From the NCBI GenBank assembly GCA_035578005.1, contig DATJYK010000085.1, positions 9,875 to 73,874 of the forward strand: a stretch of 64,000 bases of DNA, written 5' to 3'. Source of the stretch: Terriglobia bacterium (GTDB lineage: Bacteria; Acidobacteriota; Terriglobia; UBA7540). The notes below the pieces were generated by a model. That model was not told the origin of the DNA and did no database searches. It saw nothing but the letters and a program-made list of their open reading frames with translations. A program made the position numbers and the translations under genes. This document shows, one piece after another, positions 57,404-64,000 of the stretch (positions are counted from its first letter, which is position 1; every line of letters starts with the position of its first letter).

Positions 57404-58900
57404 TTAAACGTGGGAGGCGTGCGACCGTTCCAGACTCGCGGCCTCTTCCCGGATGCGCTTCCAGGCGCGTTCCACATGGCGCAATTCAGTGTGCGTCTGG
57501 CCCACGCTCAAGCGCAAGGTGAAACGGCCATCGAGCCTGGTGTGCGTCAAGTAGAGATCGCCGCTTTGGTTCAAGCGTTCCAATAGCGTCTGGTTGATTG
57601 CATCGCCTCCGCGATGGCGGAAACATACGAGATTCAGCGGAGCCGGCGCCGCCGGCTCAAAGTGGCCGTCGTCGCGCACCCAGGTTGCGAACTGTTGGGC
57701 CAGTTCCACGTGGCGACGCACGTGGTGGCGCAGGCCCTCCACGCCGTAATGGCGGATCACGAACCAGAGCTTCAGCGAACGGAAGCGACGGCCGAGCGGA
57801 ATATGCCAGTCGCGATAGTCGATCACGGCCCCCGATTCGGTGGCCTGATTGCGCAAGTACTCGGGCAGAACGCTCAGCGTGTCAATCAGCGCCTTACGGT
57901 CCGCCACGTAGAAGCAGTCGCAATCGAAATTGGTGAACATCCACTTATGCGGGTTGAAGCAGTAGCTGTCAGCAAATTCCAGGCCGTCCTGAATGTAGCG
58001 AAACTCGGGACAAAGGGCGGCCGTGCCGGACATCGCTGCATCCACGTGTAGCCACACACCGTGCTCACGGCAGATGCGGCCGATCGCGGGCACGGGATCG
58101 ATGGCATTGGATGAGGTGGTTCCCACCGTGGCGCACACAAAGCAGGGAACACGTCCGGCCGCGCGGTCGTCCCGAATCTGTGCGGCCAGGGCCTCGGGAC
58201 GCATGGCGAAGCGCTCGTCCACTTCGATCAGCCGCAGGTTCTCCTGGCCGAGCCCCGCGATCTTCACTGCCTTTTCAATCGACGAGTGTGCCTGGGACGA
58301 AGTGTACGCCACCAGGCGTCCGTCACAGCCGCGCAGGTTGCTGGCGTAACGTGTGGCGCGCTCGCGGCCCGCGAGCAGAGCGCAAAGCGATGAACTCGAG
58401 GCTGTGTCCTGGATGACACCGCCGCCCGTGTGGCTGGCCAAAAATGCTGCGGGTAATCCCAGCATCTCCACTAGCCAATCCAGCACGTGCGTTTCAAGCT
58501 CCGTGCACGCCGGACTGGTGGCCCACAGCATGCCTTGAACGCCCAAACCGGCTGAGAGCAGCTCTCCCAGGATGGACGGGAACGAGTTGTTCGACGGAAA
58601 GAAGGCGAAGAAATTGGGCGACTGCCAATGCGTGACACCGGGCATGATTAGGCTCTCGACATCCCTCGCCATGGCTTCGAAACTCTCCCCCTGAAGCGGT
58701 GCGCTAGCGGGGAGCGATTCGCGAATCTGGCCCGGCTTCGCCCGCGACAGCACAGGCATGGATTCGACGCGCTCGTAGTAATCAGCGATCCAATCGACCA
58801 TGGCCTTCCCGTGACGGCGAAATTCATCTGGGGTCATATGAAAGTTCGTCTCGTCGGTCATCGGGGTCGCCTTTCTCATGGGGAAGCCGCCACTGCCCAT
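57404..58900 (-). CDS. group II PLP-dependent aromatic-L-amino-acid / tyrosine decarboxylase
   Basis: DDC-family motifs throughout, including the PLP-lysine site FNPHKWMFTNFDC. Confidence 0.85.
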   Translation of the reverse strand: MGSGGFPMRKATPMTDETNFHMTPDEFRRHGKAMVDWIADYYERVESMPVLSRAKPGQIRESLPASAPLQGESFEAMARDVESLIMPGVTHWQSPNFFAFFPSNNSFPSILGELLSAGLGVQGMLWATSPACTELETHVLDWLVEMLGLPAAFLASHTGGGVIQDTASSSSLCALLAGRERATRYASNLRGCDGRLVAYTSSQAHSSIEKAVKIAGLGQENLRLIEVDERFAMRPEALAAQIRDDRAAGRVPCFVCATVGTTSSNAIDPVPAIGRICREHGVWLHVDAAMSGTAALCPEFRYIQDGLEFADSYCFNPHKWMFTNFDCDCFYVADRKALIDTLSVLPEYLRNQATESGAVIDYRDWHIPLGRRFRSLKLWFVIRHYGVEGLRHHVRRHVELAQQFATWVRDDGHFEPAAPAPLNLVCFRHRGGDAINQTLLERLNQSGDLYLTHTRLDGRFTLRLSVGQTHTELRHVERAWKRIREEAASLERSHASHV

Positions 58901-58975
58901 CTGACCTCTCAGCGCCGCGGTGAGAAAGCTAGTTGGGCCTCTGCCACCAGGAGATTATAATCTTGGCCTGCCCGA

Positions 58976-61555
58976 GTGGTGTTAGCGAGGCGCGCGCTTA
59001 GGAGGGATGCCATGCGAGATTTCCGGCAAGTTCGTACCGCCATCCGAGTCATGATGCTGCTGGCGGCGCTCGGGATCATGCTGGCCGCCGCCACGCCGCT
59101 GGCCGCCGAGTGGCAATCCCTCGGCGCGGTCACGCAAGGCGCGCTCGACGGAAACCAGATCAGTTTTCGCAGTCCGCGCGGCCTCGTGAACATCTCCGTG
59201 CTCGCGCCGGACCTGGTGCGCGTGCGGATCACCTCCGGCAATTCATTCGGGCCGGATTACTCCTGGGCCGTCATCAAACCTCTCGCCGACTGGCCCAAAG
59301 CCACAGTGGATTTCTCCACTCAGGGCCCCGATGGCAATGAACGGGTGATCCGAACTGCGGAGCTCGAAGTTCACGTTCGCCTGAAGCCGTTTGGCGTTGC
59401 CTTTTACGATCACGAAGGCCACCTCATCTCAAAGGACGATGACGCCCACACCACCGCCTGGGACGGCGCCCGCCTGCGCGATTGGAGATCGATGCCGCCC
59501 GACGAGCATTACTTCGGCCTCGGCGAAAAGGCCGGCCCGCTTGACCGGCGCGATCACACCTACGTGATGTGGAACACGGACGTTTACGGCTGGGGCGCCA
59601 ATACCGATCCCCTCTACGAGGACGTGCCATTCTTCATGGGCCTGCGCAACGGACGGGCTTACGGGCTTTTCTTCGACAACACCTATCGCTCGTCCTTTGA
59701 CTTCGGCGTGGAGAACCCGAATCTCTACTCCTTCGGCGCCGAAGGCGGAGAGATGAATTACTACTTCTTGTGGGGGCCAGACCCGAAGAAGGTGCTTAAC
59801 CGCTACACCGAGCTGGTGGGCCGCACGCCGCTGCCGCCGCTCTGGGCCATGGGGTATCACCAGTGCCGGTACAGCTACTATCCCGACAAGGTCGTGCGCT
59901 TCATCGCCGACAATTTCCGCATCCGGCACATCCCCTGCGACGCCATCTTTCTCGACATTCACTACATGGACGGCTACCGCATCTTCACCTGGGACAAGTC
60001 GCGCTTTCCTGATCCGGCCGCCCTCACCGGCTACCTTCACGACCAGGGATTTCACGTGGTCACCATCATCGATCCCGGCGTGAAGCAAGACCCGAATTAC
60101 TTTGCCTACCAGCAAGGCATCGCCGGGAACGATTTCGCCAAGCTGCCGGATGGCAAGGTCTTCATCGGCAAAGTCTGGCCGGGCGAGAGCGCCTTTCCCG
60201 ACTTCACCTGGGACCGCGTGCGCGAGTGGTGGGGAACGCTCTTCAAAGGACTGCTGGCCGACGGCGTGAACGGCATCTGGAATGACATGAATGAGCCCTC
60301 CGTCTTCGAGGTGCCGAGCAAGACCATGCCCGACGACGTGGTGTTCTACGACAACGGACTTCAAAGCCCGGAAACCAAGATTCACAACGTGTACGGCATG
60401 CAGATGTCGCGCGCCACGCGCGAGGGCCTGCTGAAGCTGAAGCCCAACGAGCGCCCGCTGGTGATCACGCGCGCCACCTACGCGGGCGGCCAGCGCTACT
60501 CCGCCGTGTGGACGGGCGATAACACCAGCACTTGGGACCATTTGCGAATCAGCGTGAGCGAGATCATGGGCATGGGTTTGTCAGGCATCGCGCTGGCCGG
60601 GGCGGACATCGGCGGCTTCGCCGGTGGCGGCGCCACGCCCGAACTCTACACGCGCTGGCTTGAAGCGGGCGTCTTCTATCCGTACTGCCGCACGCACGTG
60701 GAGTACGGCGCGCCCAGCCAGGAGCCGTGGTCTTACGGGGATCGCCTGGAGGACATTAACCGGCGCTCGATCGAGCTGCGCTACCGCTTGCTTCCTTATC
60801 TCTACAACGCCTATCGTGAGACCAGCGAAACCGGGCTGCCGGTGATGCGCGCGCTTCTGCTCGACTATCCCGATGACCCCGAGGCCGTCGATCAGAACTC
60901 GGAATTCCTATTTGGCGATGATCTTTTGGTAGCGCCAGTGTTGCGAAGCGAATGGCGCCGGCGCGATGTCTACTTGCCCAAGGGAGACTGGTATGACTTC
61001 TCGAACGACCGCCGCTATCGGGGACCGGCCCACCTGGAGGTGGACGCGCCACTTGATCGCATTCCCATCTTCGTGCGTGGCGGCGCCATTGTTCCTACTC
61101 GTCCAGTGGTGCAATACGTCAGCCAGTCGCCCATCGATCCGCTGACCTTCGACATTTATCCGGCAGCACGCTCGCGGACGGCCGCAGCCGCCCCCAGTTC
61201 GTCACGGGACTACTACGAAGACGACGGAATCAGCTTTGACTTTCAACGCGGAGTGTCGCTCGAAGAGAAAATCAGTGTGGAGTCTTCCGCTGACGCGGTC
61301 GCAGTCCACATGAGCGCGCGCCAGGGTTCATACACGCCGCCAGCGCGCGCTCTCGTGTTCAAGATCCACGCCCAACGTCAGGCGCCCTCCAACGTAACAG
61401 CAGACGGGCAGGCGCTCGAACAAAAGGCTTCGATGGAGGCGCTTGAAAAAGCCGGGTCCGGCTGGGCCTATGTTCAGGACAGGAACGAGCTGGCCGTCAA
61501 GATTTCCGATTCCGGGCATGGAACCGCGATTCGTGCCGCGCTCAGCACGCACTAG
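58976..61555 (+). CDS. glycoside hydrolase family 31 (alpha-glucosidase / alpha-xylosidase)
   Basis: GH31 nucleophile region GIWNDMNEPS and acid/base region (YAGGQRYSAVWTGDN). Signal-like N-terminus. Confidence 0.85.
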   Translation: MVLARRALRRDAMRDFRQVRTAIRVMMLLAALGIMLAAATPLAAEWQSLGAVTQGALDGNQISFRSPRGLVNISVLAPDLVRVRITSGNSFGPDYSWAVIKPLADWPKATVDFSTQGPDGNERVIRTAELEVHVRLKPFGVAFYDHEGHLISKDDDAHTTAWDGARLRDWRSMPPDEHYFGLGEKAGPLDRRDHTYVMWNTDVYGWGANTDPLYEDVPFFMGLRNGRAYGLFFDNTYRSSFDFGVENPNLYSFGAEGGEMNYYFLWGPDPKKVLNRYTELVGRTPLPPLWAMGYHQCRYSYYPDKVVRFIADNFRIRHIPCDAIFLDIHYMDGYRIFTWDKSRFPDPAALTGYLHDQGFHVVTIIDPGVKQDPNYFAYQQGIAGNDFAKLPDGKVFIGKVWPGESAFPDFTWDRVREWWGTLFKGLLADGVNGIWNDMNEPSVFEVPSKTMPDDVVFYDNGLQSPETKIHNVYGMQMSRATREGLLKLKPNERPLVITRATYAGGQRYSAVWTGDNTSTWDHLRISVSEIMGMGLSGIALAGADIGGFAGGGATPELYTRWLEAGVFYPYCRTHVEYGAPSQEPWSYGDRLEDINRRSIELRYRLLPYLYNAYRETSETGLPVMRALLLDYPDDPEAVDQNSEFLFGDDLLVAPVLRSEWRRRDVYLPKGDWYDFSNDRRYRGPAHLEVDAPLDRIPIFVRGGAIVPTRPVVQYVSQSPIDPLTFDIYPAARSRTAAAAPSSSRDYYEDDGISFDFQRGVSLEEKISVESSADAVAVHMSARQGSYTPPARALVFKIHAQRQAPSNVTADGQALEQKASMEALEKAGSGWAYVQDRNELAVKISDSGHGTAIRAALSTH

Positions 61556-61674
61556 CACAAGGTGGCACAACCACTCCTAGCTGTGTCATTGGAGTTCGGG
61601 CTCAGTAGCGTCAGTTAAATCCTCGCCGGCCTTCTCAAGGCCCCAACCCACGGGGTACAATTCTCTGCGGAGCC

Positions 61675-61914
61675 ATGAAGAAACCTTACACACCGAAGCA
61701 AGGCCAGTATCTGGCTTTCCTCCATTACTACACCAAAGTTCACCGCTGCCCGCCTGCGGAATGGGAAATGCAGCAACACTTCCAAGTCTCCCCACCGTCC
61801 GTGCACCAGATGATCCTGACGCTTGAATCGCACGGATTCATCGAACGAACACCGGGGCAAGCCCGGTCGATCCGTCTGCTGATTCCGCCGGAGGACCTCC
61901 CTCCGCTGCTGTAG
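61675..61914 (+). CDS. stand-alone LexA-N-terminal-like winged-helix DNA-binding protein (79 aa, no peptidase domain)
   Basis: YTPKQGQYLAFLHYYTKVHRCPPAEWEMQQHFQVSPPSVHQMILTLESHGFIERTPGQARSIRLL aligns with the LexA DNA-binding domain pattern (TxKQ..L.FI..Y....G.PP...E....F...SP.SV..HL..LE.KGFI.R.PG.ARSI.L). Confidence 0.55.
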   Translation: MKKPYTPKQGQYLAFLHYYTKVHRCPPAEWEMQQHFQVSPPSVHQMILTLESHGFIERTPGQARSIRLLIPPEDLPPLL

Positions 61915-61999
61915 GTTTAGTTTGTGTCCGCGCTCCAAACGTAGGGTCGGGAACCTCCGCTTCCAAACCGAAGGCGCGGTTAAACGAACGGGGTGGAAC

Positions 62000-62232
62000 T
62001 ACGCAAGCACCCTCCTCTGTCCAACGAGCCTGCAGTTCGATCATGCTTTGGAGCGTGCCGGGCCGAAACGTATCCGACGAGTAGTGAAAAGAGAGGGTCA
62101 CACGGCGCCCGTCGGGGTGGATGTAGTGCCGGTGGCTTCCTTTCTGGCGCCTCAGTTCAAAACCGTCGCTTTGGCGGCGGCGGCGAGTTGGCGGGCGGTG
62201 ACAGATCGAAGGCGGGAGAAATCAACGCTCAT
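62000..62232 (-). pseudogene. hicA: hicA mRNA-interferase toxin gene disrupted by a 1-nt frameshift (or sequencing error)
   Basis: The ATG overlaps the hicB stop (ATGA). Frame 1 gives MSVDFSRLRSVTARQLAAAAKATV then a stop. A -1 shift continues FELRRQKGSHRHYIHPDGRRVTLSFHYSSDTFRPGTLQSMIELQARW, matching the HicA core (KGSH...PGTLRSI). Restoring one G in the ACGG(G)TTT run gives a continuous HicA. Confidence 0.5.
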
Positions 62233-62459
62233 ACCGTGACGGCTACCATCGGTCGAGACACCGTTACGTTCGCAGGCAGAAGCTCGCCGTCCTCCAACAA
62301 TTCTTCAATCACCATCTGCGCTACTTCCTGGATATTCTTCAGGGCCTCCTCCTTGGAATGGCCCCAGGTAGCCGCACCCTTCGATTCAAGGTCCGGCACA
62401 AAAGCGCGCCAGACATCTTCGTCCGGTTCGACAACGACTGGAAAGACATAGGATTTCAT
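62229..62459 (-). CDS. hicB: HicB family antitoxin
   Basis: MKSYVFPVVVEPDEDVWRAFVPDLESKGAATWGHSKEEALKNIQEVAQMVIEEL has the HicB/UPF0150 fold signature (VIE.DEDG....VPDLPG......T.EEAL.N..EA). Confidence 0.7.
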   Translation of the reverse strand: MKSYVFPVVVEPDEDVWRAFVPDLESKGAATWGHSKEEALKNIQEVAQMVIEELLEDGELLPANVTVSRPMVAVTV

Positions 62460-62616
62460 CTCGCCTCGTCCTTTCGTTTGGTGCCCAAGTGACTGTGGGT
62501 CACCCGGAGCGGGTATCGCGTACTATAGATAGAAGAGAAGAGACAGCTTCATTGTAATTGTTCGAAAGGGTTGTCAAACGGGCGGCTCACCACGATCACC
62601 ACGAACCTCCCAGCCT

Positions 62617-62668
62617 GTCATTTCGAGCGCCGCCGCGCCTTCCGGCGCCGCGAGAAATCTCGCTCTGA
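62617..62668. repeat. family A repeat, copy 4 (solo half-copy with an 18-bp GC-rich insertion)
   Basis: GTCATTTCGAGCGC[CGCCGCGCCTTCCGGCGC]CGCGAGAAATCTCGCTCTGA, located between hicB and the DUF433 gene. Confidence 0.7.
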
Positions 62669-62672
62669 GCTC

Positions 62673-63019
62673 TTAACGGCACGCGGCCCGCGACTGCCAA
62701 CGAGAAGTATGCTTGAGGGCCAGGAGCTTCTTCCGAAACGCGGGATCAGAGGCCTCAGCCGTCAACTCTTCCGCTTCGCGGAGCTCGCGCTCAATCTGAT
62801 CGTCGATGGTTTCCTTGAACTCGTGATAGTAGGCAAGTGCAGAGTGTATCTGTGCGAGCGAGAGGTGGGGTGCTGAAGGTGCATCTCCTCGGGGCTCCAT
62901 CCGTGGGCGATCTTGTCCAGCACCACTTCAGTCACCTTGGTGTTGGCGCCCGTGATCCAAGCCACACCACGGTCGTCAACTTCGATCTGCGAGGCCACCA
63001 GGGTTGACACAGGAATCAA
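62673..63019 (-). pseudogene. DUF433-family protein split by a 1-nt indel in a C-homopolymer
   Basis: Frame A gives ...DDRGVAWITGANTKVTEVVLDKIAHGWSPEEMHLQHP. Frame B continues HLSLAQIHSALAYYHEFKE.... Together they form a typical DUF433 (G..I.GTR..V..VL..L..G.S.EEI...YP.L....I.AALAY). One extra C in the CACCCCACC run joins the two frames. Confidence 0.5.
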
Positions 63020-63102
63020 GTTCTCCCTCTCCTAAGCTAGCATAGCCCTCGTCCAACTGCACCGGGCCGGGGTATTGGTGTCATTTGAACGCCCCAAACG
63101 CC

Positions 63103-63198
63103 GTCATTCCCGCGAAGGCGGGAATCCACACTTTTCTTGATGCCTTTTCTTCACAGGACTTCTGCAATGGATTCCCGTCATAGAGGGAATGACTGCGT
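63103..63198. repeat. family B palindromic repeat, long copy
   Basis: GTCATTCCCGCGAAGGCGGGAATCCAC ...GGATTCCCGTCATAGAGGGAATGACTGCGT. A related half-site, TTCCCGCGAAAGCGGGAATC, lies at 2144-2164. Confidence 0.75.
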
Positions 63199-63888
63199 CC
63201 AGAGGGTTCCGCCCAGGCACTGACACCAGTGCCCGCTGTTGCGCCAAAACCGCCGCCCAAAGGGCGCCATGCCGCTCTTCGCACCAGTGAATTCCTCAAA
63301 CCACGGCTTATTTCGGTCATTTTCATCAAATACTGATTCTAAAGCACTTCCTGGATTAGCACCTTGTTGATCTCGGGTTCGTTTTTTCGCGCTTTTGTTG
63401 ATTCTACTGCACTTCTCGGGTTCGTTTTTACATTTAGGGCATACCCCCGGGGGGGTGCCTTAAAATTGGCGATTTTCGACTGCGGATTCGGTGCCGCTCC
63501 GGGCGGCCCACACGCTGCGCCAGGCGACACTCGCGGTAGCACGCCACCGGAGCCCGGTTTACCTGGGGCGGAGCAAGAAGCGGTTGGCGAGAGGCGTAAA
63601 AACCCCACCGAGGCCTTTGCCTTCCCGGCAGCCAACCAACCCGCCTCCAGGAGCCGTGCCGGGGCCTTCAGTCAACAGGAAGGTTCATTGTTGCATGGCC
63701 AGGCACACCAGCAACAGGAATATTCCGGGGTCCTTGCCCACCGATCTCCGGGGCGACAACTCGCGAAAATCACAGGCGGCATGATGCTTCGGGCGCACGC
63801 ATGTGGAATCGCGCACGTATGCGCCATCCCGCGGTTGACTTTGCCGAGGCCGCCGCCTAAAGGAGCTGCGCATAAATAACATGAACAG

Positions 63889-64000
63889 TTAGCCGAGGAA
63901 TGGCAGCACGGAATAGTTCCATTCACCGTGAAACTTTGCGGGCTTGAGGTGGATCTTGGCAAATTCAGAGTCGGGCACTTTGATTCCCGTCGGATACTTC
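63889..64000 (-). mobile_element. 3' end of a transposase gene (ISAzo13-like DDE family); the remainder lies outside the window
   Basis: The minus-strand frame is open from the window edge to the TAA at 63891..63889 and encodes ...KYPTGIKVPDSEFAKIHLKPAKFHGEWNYSVLPFLG. The GEWNY C-terminus is, as I recall, characteristic of ISAzo13-family transposases. Confidence 0.4.

Noticed and set aside
59429-60541. 370-aa minus-strand ORF inside the GH31 gene
   Set aside because: It is antisense to a gene with clear GH31 catalytic motifs, and it has a low-complexity Gly/Ala/Arg/Val composition.
62571-62876. 101-aa plus-strand ORF
   Set aside because: It contains the family A repeat half-copy and is antisense to the DUF433 reading frames.

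Overview
This is a high-GC window of about 64 kb, densely coding on both strands. I saw no rRNA, tRNA or CRISPR array. Gene content suggests an Acidobacteria-like soil bacterium, but that is only my impression. The six-frame track contains many long antisense ORFs typical of high GC, and I have discarded those. I support about 57 protein-coding features. In the first ~19 kb they include an mlaFED-like ABC/MCE lipid-transport operon, an aguB-aguA putrescine pathway, divergent universal-stress genes, a gluconate-2-dehydrogenase-like pair, exopolysaccharide export genes (Wza, Wzz-like, PHP tyrosine phosphatase) and an S9 peptidase. After the central Cys-rich cluster come an M28 peptidase, hutI, cutA, a trans-sulfuration PLP enzyme, a large BNR-repeat protein, a dGTPase-like gene, a CHAD-domain gene and trxC. 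The last ~20 kb carries a DyP-peroxidase plus encapsulin operon with a recognisable cargo-targeting peptide, an ArsR/SRPBCC pair, an aromatic amino-acid decarboxylase, a GH31 glycosidase, a hicBA module and a transposase fragment at the 3' edge. The most unusual locus is at 19.7-25.1 kb. A leaderless cytoplasmic S8 subtilase and a 317-aa domain-of-unknown-function protein sit among five paralogous ORFs. These share a conserved N-terminal motif (M-x-I-P-G-F-N-A-E-A-S-L) followed by unrelated, extremely cysteine-rich C-terminal domains. One of them is 455 aa with seven tandem D-x-Q-N-C-G-x-C-G-x-x-C modules. The layout resembles a split PatA-type leader protease with a new class of Cys-rich substrates. 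The second notable locus is at 49.4-53.9 kb. It encodes a decaheme c-type cytochrome, a large outer-membrane beta-barrel, a monoheme cytochrome c and a NapC/NirT tetraheme quinol dehydrogenase, in the same order as the mtoA-mtoB-mtoD-cymA iron-oxidation cluster of Sideroxydans. The window also carries several palindromic repeat families: a ~125-bp MITE-like element in four copies, an ATTCCC-N8-GGGAAT palindrome family, and a 205-bp nested inverted repeat. Other noncoding features are a 38-bp-arm hairpin, an iteron-like triple repeat, duplicated segments bracketing the M28 peptidase gene, candidate operator palindromes between the usp genes, and a textbook rho-independent terminator on the minus strand with no annotated gene to terminate.
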